Origin: Octopus sinensis
Taxonomy: Eukaryota
Assembly: GCF_006345805.1 (NCBI RefSeq)
Contig: NC_043010.1
Location: 63,054,001-63,118,000, forward strand
DNA: 64,000 nt
Direction: 5' to 3'
Shown here: positions 49,049 to 60,229 of the stretch, in pieces
How positions within the stretch are numbered: position 1 is the first letter of the stretch
How the letters are laid out: the number at the start of each line of letters is the position of its first letter
Made by a program: the position numbers and the translations under genes
The notes under the pieces: generated by a model
The model's database searches: none
What the model was told of the DNA's origin: nothing
The model's input: the letters and a program-made list of their open reading frames with translations, nothing else

Positions 49049-51967
49049 ATGTCTCGAAGCAGCAATTTGAAACGACGAAAGAAATCTAGGGCCGCGAATG
49101 TTGAACGGAAGAAAAGCGTGGATAATAATAATGGCCCGAATGAAGAAAATGGAGAAGCAGGAGATAACGACATGAAACAAGAAGCTACAGATCAACAACA
49201 ACAACAACACCAACAAGAGCATCAAGAAGAACTACAGATGGAAGAAGAAAATGAGAAATTGGTTGACCAAATGTCTTCTTCGTGCCAGGAAGAAGGATGT
49301 GAAATGAACTCGGAATTCGTTAGTGATAATAATGAAAAGAAACTGATTAATGATTATGCTGAAAATAGCAGTAACGATGATATTAATAATAATACTAATT
49401 ATAATAATTTCAATGATGATAATAATAATGTTGTTAGTGAAGACAGCGAGGGTATGGAGGTGGCCGATGAAGAGGAAGAGGCTGCCCGACTTGAAGAGAA
49501 GAGCAAGGAAGAAGAGCAGCAGAGGTTGAAACGGATCAAAGAAGAAGAGGAATACTGCCAGCAACTGGAACAGGAAGGAGAGGAAGGCACCGCTGTCATC
49601 CGTGTTCAGACAATGGAAAATTCTCATCGGTGCCAGATTTGCAATGAGGAATTTGCTGGTTTTCTTGATCTCGAGAAGCATAAACTGACCCATCGGCAAA
49701 TGAAGTCGTTTGACTGCAAGATCTGCAGCAAGACCTTCACTCGCCGCAACCACCTGAAGCAACACAAGAGGACACACAAGAGGCCGAATAAACTGCTGAA
49801 ACCATTGTTCCGCTGTAACGTTTGTGGGCTGGGATTCTCTCAGAAGATAAACCTGATTGATCACGAAAAGAATCATGAAACTGAGATTGCTCCGCAGGAA
49901 GAGTATACCCCTCCACCACCCCTGACCCCACCCCAGTGCCAACCCCAGCCCCTACCCCAGGCCCTACCACAGCCCCTACCCCAGTGCCAACCACAGCCAC
50001 AGCCTCTGGCCCAACACTTACCGCAGCCCCAACACTTACCGCAGCCCCAACACTTACCGCAGCCCCAACACTTACCGCAGCCCCAACCCTTATCGCAGCC
50101 CCAACCGGTGGTCTGCGATTCAGACCGACCCTACAAATGCAATTACTGTGAACGTACTTTCTCTAGGAATGGTGACTTGATGCGACATATGAGGTTCCAT
50201 GAAGAAGACACGAGGCAACAGCAGCCACAATACTTGAACCCTCATCTCCTGTGTCAAGATGAGAAGCCATTTAAGTGTAACATCTGTGAACGTGTGTTTT
50301 CAAGGAACGGTGATCTGACGCGCCATTTTCGAGTTCACGAAGAGCCGTCATATCAGCCATCTCAAGTTGCCAACTGCCTGAACGGAGAGGTATTTAAATG
50401 CAATATCTGCCAGTCTACATTTTCAACCAACGGTAACCTCACCAGACATATGAAGATCCACGAAGAAGTGGTGATCCAGAACAGCCCCAACCATTGCTAC
50501 CAAAAAGAAGGGATGTTTTTCTGCAATGTATGTGGCATTGAATTCACCCGCAATGGGGATCTCACCAGACATTTCAAAACCCACGAGGAACCGTTGCTCC
50601 AGAACTGCAACCAAATCAATAACAACTGTAATAATAATGACCCCTTTAAATGTAACATCTGCGGACTTGCATTTTCCCAAAACAATGACCTTACCAGGCA
50701 TATGAAGGGCCATACTGAATCCTGCATGCCCCACAATGTATACGGCTGTAACGGTGGTTGTACAGAAGAACCCCCGATGGCATTCTCTTGCCGCCTCTGC
50801 CGACGTGTGTTCTCCACGTTTATAGATATGACAGAACATATGAAGATGCATATGGAAGCCTCTCACGCTCCACTTGCAATGAAACCGTGTTTTGATAGTC
50901 AAAGCCATGGCAGCCCTAAGGGTTGTATGGATGAACAACATTGCAGTATTCCACGACCTTGTCTCAAAGACGAACCTCAGAACGGCATGAGATCCTATCT
51001 CGAAGACCAACCCATCATTTGTCCAATATGCAAACGATTGTTCTCACGACCTGGAGATCTAACAAGACATATGAGGACGCATGGTGAAACCGTTCTGCAG
51101 GAACACGAAAATTTAGCTTTTTACCAAGAGGAGAAACCATTTAAATGCAATATTTGTGCACGCACTTTCTCAAGGAACGGTGATTTGACCAGGCATTTTC
51201 GTAGTCATGAAGACACCTATCTGCAAAATAGCGTCAGCCCAATTGTTCCATACGAACCTGAAGAATCACATCGCTGCACCACTTGTTGTTCAGTTTTCTC
51301 TACAAACGGCAATCTGACGAGACACATGAAAACCCACGACGAATTTATAGCCCAGCAAAATCTGAACAATTCTCCATTACAAAGAAATAACAATTCATTC
51401 CGATGTACAATATGTCAGAACTATTTCTCTACAAACGGTAATTTAACTCGGCACATGAAAACACACCGGGAATATTTTAGTCAGAACACTCCACCAATGT
51501 CCATGTGTCCAAATGAAGACACTTCCATGTGTCAGAACATTTGTCCACTGGATGCAGACTTCCAAGATGGAGAGAACTTAAATTTTGATTGTGAAGAATG
51601 CATGAAGGCCTACAATGAGAAACACAATCAGAACCACAGCCCATCTCTGCAGACTTTCACGTGTGTTATTTGCGAGAAAGTGTTTACAAATTGTGAGATG
51701 TTTGAGAGGCACGTGCGAAGCCATAACCAAGACAAACCTTTCATCTGTGAAATCTGTGGAAAGGGGTTTGTACAGAAATACCATCTGACTGTTCATAAAA
51801 GGACTCACACTGGAGAAAGACCCTTTAAATGTAATTTATGTGGGTTCGCTTTCTCTCGCAAGGACCATTTGGTAAGGCACCAGAGGGACAATAAGGTTGG
51901 AATGTATATCTCAGAAGCAGGTGAGACACGATATTCCTGCATCCCAGGTGGTGCTTTACCAAGATAG
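49049..51967 (+). CDS. Multi-C2H2 zinc-finger protein (972 aa as one ORF; may splice at GT 51921)
   Basis: AAAATG start; basic KRRKKSR plus acidic N-terminus; 15 complete C2H2 fingers plus a terminal CNLCGFAFSRKDHLVRHQRDN finger; TGERPF linker at the end; GCAG|GTGAGA donor at 51920/51921. Confidence 0.95.
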   Translation: MSRSSNLKRRKKSRAANVERKKSVDNNNGPNEENGEAGDNDMKQEATDQQQQQHQQEHQEELQMEEENEKLVDQMSSSCQEEGCEMNSEFVSDNNEKKLINDYAENSSNDDINNNTNYNNFNDDNNNVVSEDSEGMEVADEEEEAARLEEKSKEEEQQRLKRIKEEEEYCQQLEQEGEEGTAVIRVQTMENSHRCQICNEEFAGFLDLEKHKLTHRQMKSFDCKICSKTFTRRNHLKQHKRTHKRPNKLLKPLFRCNVCGLGFSQKINLIDHEKNHETEIAPQEEYTPPPPLTPPQCQPQPLPQALPQPLPQCQPQPQPLAQHLPQPQHLPQPQHLPQPQHLPQPQPLSQPQPVVCDSDRPYKCNYCERTFSRNGDLMRHMRFHEEDTRQQQPQYLNPHLLCQDEKPFKCNICERVFSRNGDLTRHFRVHEEPSYQPSQVANCLNGEVFKCNICQSTFSTNGNLTRHMKIHEEVVIQNSPNHCYQKEGMFFCNVCGIEFTRNGDLTRHFKTHEEPLLQNCNQINNNCNNNDPFKCNICGLAFSQNNDLTRHMKGHTESCMPHNVYGCNGGCTEEPPMAFSCRLCRRVFSTFIDMTEHMKMHMEASHAPLAMKPCFDSQSHGSPKGCMDEQHCSIPRPCLKDEPQNGMRSYLEDQPIICPICKRLFSRPGDLTRHMRTHGETVLQEHENLAFYQEEKPFKCNICARTFSRNGDLTRHFRSHEDTYLQNSVSPIVPYEPEESHRCTTCCSVFSTNGNLTRHMKTHDEFIAQQNLNNSPLQRNNNSFRCTICQNYFSTNGNLTRHMKTHREYFSQNTPPMSMCPNEDTSMCQNICPLDADFQDGENLNFDCEECMKAYNEKHNQNHSPSLQTFTCVICEKVFTNCEMFERHVRSHNQDKPFICEICGKGFVQKYHLTVHKRTHTGERPFKCNLCGFAFSRKDHLVRHQRDNKVGMYISEAGETRYSCIPGGALPR
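50012..50101 (+). repeat. Coding 18-bp minisatellite (QHLPQP)x4 plus one variant
   Basis: CAACACTTACCGCAGCCC four times, then CAACCCTTATCGCAGCCC. Confidence 0.95.
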
Positions 51968-52354
51968 TGCAGATAAATCAACTTAGTGTTCGGCATGGAA
52001 TGTTTGTTGTTTTGTCTGTCTGTGCCTGCGAATGTGGGGACTTTTTTTGCCTGTTCCATTTGTCTACTTGAGTAGCAAAAAAACCTTCAACACAGCACAG
52101 ATAACAGTAGGCTAGGCACATACACACTCATATATACACATACTTACACAGGTCTTAATATAATGCCATATATTTTATCTTGATAATTATGTAAAAAAAA
52201 AAAAAAGAAAGCAAAAAGTTTTGCCAAAGAGAAATTTCTGACAATTTATTTGGACTACTACTTCAACTACAACAACAACAATAATAATAGTAATAATGAT
52301 AATAGAAATAAAAGAATATATTATATTGATAAAATAAATGTAAATATAGTTATG

Positions 52355-52423
<69 letters not shown>

Positions 52424-53511
52424 ATATATATATGTGTATGTATATATGCATGTATATATGTGTGTGTGTATATATAATATATATAATATACACACATACA
52501 CTCACACACAGTGGGTACGTAGCTATTGCCCAAGTTTTGTCACAATCCAGTATGACATGTTAAAGAAACTGAAACAATGATGATGATGAAGATAATAATT
52601 AATGATAACAACAATAATAATAATAATAATCATCTGGAAACAATGGCTTACACACACACACACACACACACGTATGAGAGAACATTTTGTTACTAACTCA
52701 ATTGTCATGGAGAGATGTGTGAAAAAGAAAGAGGGGGAGAATTATAAACTTAGAAATAATTCTTGCTCAATCAAAAACCTGATAAATAAATTGATTGAAT
52801 TTTTATACCAGATATTTCTTCTTTTTGTTAACAAAGAAGGCAACAACAACAACAACAACAAGAGACATTTTATTTATTTCTTGTTTTTTTTTTATTATTT
52901 CTATGAAGATTTGTTTTTTTATGTACACAGCCTTTTGTTGGTTTGTTTTTTTTTACTTGTGTATTATTACCTCCCTTTATACGAACTCTTTGTTTTCCTC
53001 CCTTGAAACTTCAATGTCTCACTCTCTCTCTTCTCTCTTCCACACTCTCTCTATGTCTTTCTCTCTCTCTTTCACTCTCTATATTCACACAGACTTTAAG
53101 CATTTCACATTCACATCTATCCACAATCTCTGCTCTCTTTCTTTTCTTGTCGTATTGTTTAGTTGGACAGTAGCTATCAAAATCATAAGACTGCTAACTA
53201 TTGATTCTTTGTTTCCACTTTTCCACATCTACCTTCTTGTCTAGTTTTCTTGAAGAAAGAAAGAAAGGAAAAAATAAAATAACAAAAAGAAAAGAGAAAA
53301 CACATAGGAATATTAAATAACCCTGCATATTTGAATGTGTGTGTTTATATGTATATATATATACACACACACACACATATATATATTATATATACACATA
53401 TATATATATACACACATATATATACACATATATATATATGTATATATATATACATATATACATATATATATACACATATATATATACGTATATATATACA
53501 TATATATATAC

Positions 53512-53544
<33 letters not shown>

Positions 53545-54769
53545 CATATATATATATATGTATATATACGTATATATATATGTATATATATACATACATA
53601 TATATATATATATATATGCATATATATATATACATACATATATATATATATATGTACATAGGTGTTATAGACACACACACACGTGTGTGTGTGTGTGTTT
53701 AAACCAAATGAATTCTTCAAGAAATGTTGGTCCAGTTTTAGGAGTTTAAATATACAAAGGGAAATTCTTTTCTCATTCTTCATTCCCGGAGACAAAAAAA
53801 AAAGGGGGACGAGGGAAAAAAAAACAAAAAAGAAACATAAAGTAGAAATTTAATGTTTAACCTCCCTGGGTCTCCTTATTCTTCACCACCTCCACCTCCA
53901 CCCCTCCACACACATTTTTCCTCCAGTTTCCCTGCAATAAACCATTGCCCACCACCACCACCACCACCCAAATATGGCAAAAGCCTAAACATCTTCATCG
54001 TATTAAGGAGAAAAACTCTTCCAATTTATTTCTGTCATAGTTTCAGTTGAAATCTTTAAACCATTCTTAATTTGCCACAGCCACAACCATCATCATCATC
54101 ATCATCATCATCAACAGCAGCATCATCATCATCACCATCAATATTGCTTCAGTTCTTATTTTTAATGATATATTGAAGGCAGACATTTTTTTTTTTTAAG
54201 AAAATTTTATTTATTTATTTACTTTGTTTTCAAGAAAAATGATTTTTTTTTTTTTTTTGGTTTATAGAAAACATTTTTTTATTTTATATTTTATCATTTC
54301 TTTTTTTTTCTTTTCTTTGTAAGAAAATTTTATTTATTTTTTCTACCAAGTATATTTTTTTGCATCAAAAAATGTTGCTGAGGATGAAAAAAGGGAAGGT
54401 GTTGGAGGTGCGGGGTGGGCAAAACGACAACAACAACAACTACAATAATGTGAAACTTAAACACATCTTTGGGTGTGGCTAATGACATTGTTGTGGTCGT
54501 TGTTGTTGTTGTTGTTGTTAGTGGAGGAGAAGTAGGAGGCAGAAACAACAGAGAGTCGGACTGAGATACCTTGTGGTGTTTCTTCACATCCTTCTCCAGT
54601 CTCAGTTGAAATTCTGTCATGGATTTTTTTTTTCCTTTTGTCTCCCCCCCCCCTCATTCATCTTCTAAGGCAGAATAAAATAAAGAACGAGTCAAGTACT
54701 GCAATGAATTTAGTCAACTAGGAGTCCCCCTCCCCTCAAATCTCAGGCCCTGTTGTGTCATTGCTATCA

Positions 54770-54915
54770 TTATTATTATCGAGTGAGAGAACAGCACATG
54801 ACATCAAAATGACTGTGGGGTACAAATAGACGAAATCCAATATACCTACCATGACCACCCATTTGATAAGGGTAGACCAGGCACACGCATCACAAGAGTG
54901 TGTGTGTGCGACACT
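54770..54915 (-). mobile_element. Diverged 3' copy of the 556-bp (AAT)n-tailed element
   Basis: Reverse complement TGTGATGCGTGTGCCTGG...CTCTCACTCGATAATAATAAT matches ~620-740. Confidence 0.75.
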
Positions 54916-55329
54916 GACCTCACTGATTAAGTGGAGGCAAAGCCTATGATAGACCACATTCAACCCTTCGTCAAAGTATTTTAACTTCATTTATGTCAAT
55001 GATGCTCTTGGAAAAGCCATGAACATCACACGTACCTCTTTTGTTCTAAGCAAAGAATATCAAAATTCAGACCAGGGTGTGTGTGTGTGTGTATGTCATT
55101 ATCCTGCTGGAAGAGATGTCTTCCTGGGGCTATAAACATCAGTAGTACTGTCCTGTATAGGACCCCACACTTAATTGGCAAATATATGTTACAGTATATA
55201 CATACATATATATAGACCACATAAACACCACACTATACAATGTGGTTGATAAGAGCTAAACATCTTCTGACGGAAGTGTTTAACTTTATTCAAAAACTGT
55301 TCATCTTTTACTTATTGCTTCTCAATGAC

Positions 55330-55680
55330 TGCAAGGGCAAGATAAATAGGAAGTTGTGATGTTCATACATTTCCCCATCAGCATCAGTGGCATAGATGAA
55401 GTGAAGCATTTTGTAAAGTGACTAAAGACGGAAGAGTATTGGTGCAATACAATGGAGTTCAGTGCAGAGTACATCTGTGAATACTAATGAGTCTCTGGTG
55501 GGTTAGTAAATGCTGGAGTAAGGCACGGTCCTAGTGAAAATGTTCCACACAAAAACTCCACCAACATCCTGCTGCCCTCCTTCGAGTTTGTGGTTCAGGG
55601 TTTTATGCTTTTCAACAAGTGGGCTTTGTAGCAGTATAACTCCAATGTCAGGGGTCAGTAGTAAATGAGAATTAGGGATT
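55330..55680 (-). pseudogene. Candidate decayed cadherin-like exon
   Basis: Polypyrimidine tract ending TTCCAA (broken AG); TPDIGVILLQSPLVEK, TPAFTNPPETH and FIYATDADGE in three frames. Confidence 0.45.
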
Positions 55681-55949
55681 TGGAAAGGCAAAAGGAGAAA
55701 AATTAAAACAAAGAGAAGACATGCACCGAAAAAATACAAATCAACCTCTTTCTTGTATTAACTATAAAATATGTCAATTGTTGGAGGGACAAGAGGGGAA
55801 AAAAATGATTAAATAAATGTTTTAAACTACTTCCTGTCACATGATAAACTTCTTTTTAAAAATTTCAAATGTTAAAGTATCCAAAATTAATAAGGATTAA
55901 AGCTGTTGATGATGTTAGTGGTGATGATGATGATGGTAGACTCTAAAAG

Positions 55950-56178
55950 TTAACCCTTTAGTGTTTAAACTGGCCATATCCGGCCGAAGTTTTCTACCTA
56001 TTTTATGTTTAATCTGACCAGATCAGGGCTCTCACACCTTACCTACATTGACATTCTAAAAATGAACAATCACGTCATTGAAACCTCAAAGCTATAAGAT
56101 AATGCATGATTAATTCAAAACAATTTGAGTCAAAAAAATATTACATTTAACAGAGTAATCTGAACACTAAAGGGTTAA
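55950..56178. mobile_element. piggyBac-like MITE
   Basis: TTAA-CCCTTTAGTGTT...AACACTAAAGGG-TTAA; partial relatives near 60166 and 61320-61355. Confidence 0.8.
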
Positions 56179-57233
56179 GTCATCGTCATCATCCTTGACA
56201 AGTCGTTAACTCCTTTCATACCAACCAGCCCCATGGTTTTCATACAAACTTCCTATTTTAAAAGGCTCTAAATTAAAACCTCTCTTGATGCTCCAAACAG
56301 CAAGTTTTTTTTAACTAAAAACTCTTCATTATTTTTTTCAAAAATTACTTGACACGCAGGAAATATATTTCAATGGAAATATGGTTAAAGAATCAAGTAA
56401 CCCTCTTTAAAGGGTCTCCACCTCACTAAAAAAAATAAGCTACTGTCCTCACACAGACCCTGTCTATTACTGGTATTCACTCATTTTTCAGCCAGTTTTT
56501 TTTACACCCTGTCACGCATACACACATCAAATTGTCTATGTAAATATGTGCATGTATATATATATTATAATATAATAAATATAATATAACATAATATAAT
56601 ATGTGTGTGTGTGTGTATATATATAAATACATATATATATTCTCACAGATTAACTATAACTAACTATATGTACATAAATCTATAAATATATATATATATA
56701 TATAACCAGTTCTGTTTGATAATACAAATATTAAAGAATTAATATCTTATCTTTGTTCTCTCTGTTTTTATTTCATTGAAATATTTTAAATATTTTCAAA
56801 AATGTTGTTAATTATGTTAACGAGATGCATGTGTCAGGTGACGTCTCAGGTGTGAAACCTCCTCCCACCGCCACTGTCACCAGCTTATCTAATTGCCCTT
56901 CGTTACAGCTAATTGGTTGCTGGCCAGCTTATGTAACTGTTGGTACACATATATGTCTACATCTATCTAACTAATATATAGAATATATAATCTATATGTG
57001 TGTGTGTGTGTGTTTACACAAATATATTGCGTTTGAGAAATATGCTTCCCAACCAAGAGATCTCAGGTTCTGTCCTATTGTCTGGCACCATTTGGCAAGT
57101 GTCCGCTACTATAGCCATAGGCTGACCAAAGCCTTGTGAGTGGATTTGGTAGACAAAAACTGAAAGAAGACTGTTGTAAATATATATATATATATGTCTG
57201 TGTGTGTGTATCTATCGTATATATACGTATGGG

Positions 57234-57264
<31 letters not shown>

Positions 57265-57282
57265 ATATATATATTATAACCA

Positions 57283-57440
57283 CAGGAGAGGTTGTGTGGT
57301 AAGAAGCTTGCTTCCCAATCACATAGTTTGGGGTTCAGTCCCACTGCATGGCACCTTGGGCAAGTGTCTTCTACTATAGCCTTGGGCTGACCAAAGCCTT
57401 GTGAATGGATTTGGTAGACGGAAACTGAAAGAAGCCCATC
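57283..57440 (+). mobile_element. SINE family 2, 5' half (older copy at 57040-57180)
   Basis: A/B boxes and CORE-like segment. Confidence 0.8.
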
Positions 57441-57454
57441 ATATATATATATAT

Positions 57455-57585
57455 GTGTGTAGATGAAGAGCATAGGCTCGAAACGTAAAAGGCTTTTTCA
57501 TTTTTCCTGAGTGTGAAACTAATACAGTTGCTTGTTGTTCATAAACCTGTCTTTGTCATTTTTTTCTCAATAAATTTCAACTACA
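57455..57585 (+). mobile_element. Family C element truncated within the hammerhead core
   Basis: GATGA-A-GAGC(ATAG)GCTC-GAAACGTA-AAAG. Confidence 0.6.
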
Positions 57586-57954
57586 TACTCACACATTACC
57601 AAGGGGTCAGCACAGAAATAAAACCTTATAGGTAAATAGAAAATAGATGCCAAAAGATGCTACTACCACCATAAAAACTCCAAAAAAGAAAACGGCCCAT
57701 GTTTTATTTTTCAGAGTTTTTACGGTGGTATTAGTGCCTTGACGTCTATTTTCTAGCACATAGAGAGGCTTATAGCCAATCCCCTGTTATAATTATGTAT
57801 ATAATTATTATAATGTATATATATATATATATATATATTTATATTAAATTAGAGATAAAACCACTATTAGGCAAATCAAACAGTGAAAAACATAAACCAA
57901 TCATAGAAATATTACTCCCTATATTATTATTATATATATATTATTATATATATA

Positions 57955-57989
<35 letters not shown>

Positions 57990-57995
<6 letters not shown>

Positions 57996-58175
57996 TTAGG
58001 GAGAGTTTACGAAAAAAATAAAAGACAAAGACAGGTGGTGTACAAAACAAACAGATGTATTAGTATAACGCTCAGGAATAGAAAAAGTCTTTTACGTTTC
58101 GAGCCTACGCTCTTCTGCAGAAAGATACACAGAAAAAATAAGGAGAGAAAAAAATGTGTGTAGTGGCTAACGATC
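57990..58175 (-). mobile_element. Family C element with hammerhead-like motif 58089-58124
   Basis: CTTT-CTGCAGA-A-GAGC(GTAG)GCTC-GAAA-CG-TA-AAAG. Confidence 0.7.
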
Positions 58176-58199
58176 TACCATTATATATATAAAGTTAAT

Positions 58200-58395
58200 C
58201 TAAAAATGAAAACACAACAACGCGAGGTCGTGGAACAAGTATAGTGTTATTAGACACTCAGGAAAGGAAAGAAAGAAGGAGGATTTAACGTTTCAAGCGG
58301 AGCTCTTCATCAGAAACATAGGAAAAGGAAATATCCAAGGAAGGGAAAACGGAGGAAAAATATTGCCAACGATACACACGAGGTCACATTTTGAA
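58200..58395 (-). mobile_element. Family B element with hammerhead motif 58283-58317
   Basis: GTTT-CTGATGA-A-GAG(CTCCG)CTT-GAAA-CG-TT-AAAT. Confidence 0.75.
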
Positions 58396-58940
58396 TATAT
58401 ATATATATTGACAAACCACATGTGATGGCAAAAGAAGGTCTCAATATCATTGGAAATAGAGGAGAATTATTTATTGAATAATACAAGTATGGAGACTTAC
58501 ATTCAGAACTTGAAGTTTCTATGTCAGTGATATGATAAACGTTACACTTCTTCAAACTTCAACTGTCACAAACCCAGTGCATGTGGGCTTCCTGCAGTTT
58601 CTATCAACCAAATTCACTCACACTAAATTTATTTATCGACAGTGTATTTGTCAATTCTGTAAGCTCACCAAGAACATGGTGGCTCACAATGAAACCATAG
58701 GGGATGTTTTTACTGTGATGAATCCCCAACAGAGACACTACTGATTGGTGTTAATAGCAGTTTGAGTCACATCACGAAGGATAAAGAGAGAATGGAATGC
58801 CTTAGGTCTGGGATGGAATTGTATTTAACCATGGGAAACATTGCTGTATGCTGATGGTACAAGGTGATCAAGACTGACAAAGATGTGGCAAGATTAGAAC
58901 TCTCAATCACAGGATAAAGGTTAAGTGGTAAAATGGTATC

Positions 58941-59172
58941 AGGCGGCGAGCTGGCAGAATCGTTAGCACACTGGATGAAATGCTTTGCGGTATTTCGTCC
59001 GCCGCTACGTTCTGAGTTCAAATTCCGCCGGTGTCGGCTTTGCCTTTCATCCTTTCGGGGTCGATTTAATAAGTACCAGTTACGCACTGGGGTCAATGTA
59101 ATCAACTTAATCCCTTTGTCTGTCCTTGTTTGTCCCCTCTGTGTTTAACCCCTTGTGGGTAGTAAAGAAATA
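58941..59172 (+). mobile_element. SINE family 1, full-length monomer
   Basis: A box, B box GAGTTCAAATTCC, central GCCTTTCATCCTTTCGGGG motif; GGTAAAATG on both sides (58927-58935, 59173-59181) may be a TSD. Confidence 0.9.
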
Positions 59173-59509
59173 GGTAAAATGTTAAATCTGTAATAGCAAT
59201 GCTGGTGCTGGGGCCACATAACAACAACATTCCCTATAACAGAAAGTTTTAACCTGCCAGAAACAGCAGCCAAATTTCCTTCAAATCAAACTGCCATCTT
59301 AAAAAAGAAAGAAGGACAGATTAGTTAGTGTAATTCAAGATACATTATGCCTAAAATCAGAAAGGGTAGAAATGGCTATGGGTTGGGTTGGTTAGATTAA
59401 GACCGATTTGGGGCTAAACAACAACACCTTTTCTACTCCCACCAACAACACCACCACACCCTCCTGCTATACCATTTTATTCAACAACAACAACACTTAA
59501 TATAAACAG

Positions 59510-59912
59510 GTGTAGGAGTGGCTGTGTGGTAAGTAGCTTGCTTACCAACCACATGGCTCCAGGTTCAGTCCCACTGCATGGTATCTTGGGTAAGTGTCTT
59601 CTACTATAGCCTTGGGCCGACCAAAGCCTTGTGGATGGATTTGGTAGACGGAAACTGAAAGAAGCCCGTCGTATATATGTATATATATATATGTGTGTGT
59701 GTGTATGTTTGTGTTTGTGTGCCCCCCCCCCCAACATCACTTGACAACCGATGCTGGTGTGTTTACATCCCCATAACTTAGCGGTTCGGCAAAAAGAGAC
59801 CAATAGAATAAGTACTAGGCTTACAAAGAATAAGTCCTGGATTTGATTTGCTCGATTACAGGTGGTGCTCCAGCATGGCCACAGTCAAATGACTGAAACA
59901 AGTAAAGGAGTA
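59510..59912 (+). mobile_element. SINE family 2, full length
   Basis: As above. Confidence 0.9.
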
Positions 59913-59932
59913 ACAGAGCAATATGATTTTCC

Positions 59933-59964
<32 letters not shown>

Positions 59965-60229
59965 CAACAACATCAACAAGAACGCCTTTTCCATCATAAA
60001 CAACATCACTCTCTCTGTCTGCAACACCACTCCTCAATGTTATTCCCCAACAACAGCAACAACAACACAAGCCACCAAAGAAACCTGAAACAGTCAGTCA
60101 GCATGCTAAAAGTAGCACCTCTATTTCACTCAACTCACTCTACCTTTTTAAAACAGGGGACACCTTAACCCTTTATAGCATTCAGATTACTCGGTGATCC
60201 TCTCGGTGCCGGTGCCACATAAAGAGTAC

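Noticed and set aside
58420-58740. Cadherin-like exon (ITDIE...LYYSI)
   Set aside because: Part of it (58580-58630) is a decayed SINE family 2 fragment; the remainder is too weak to list.
59923-60168. His/Gln-rich downstream exon of the large ZNF
   Set aside because: Begins in a SINE tail and CAC/CAA repeats, with no acceptor site.
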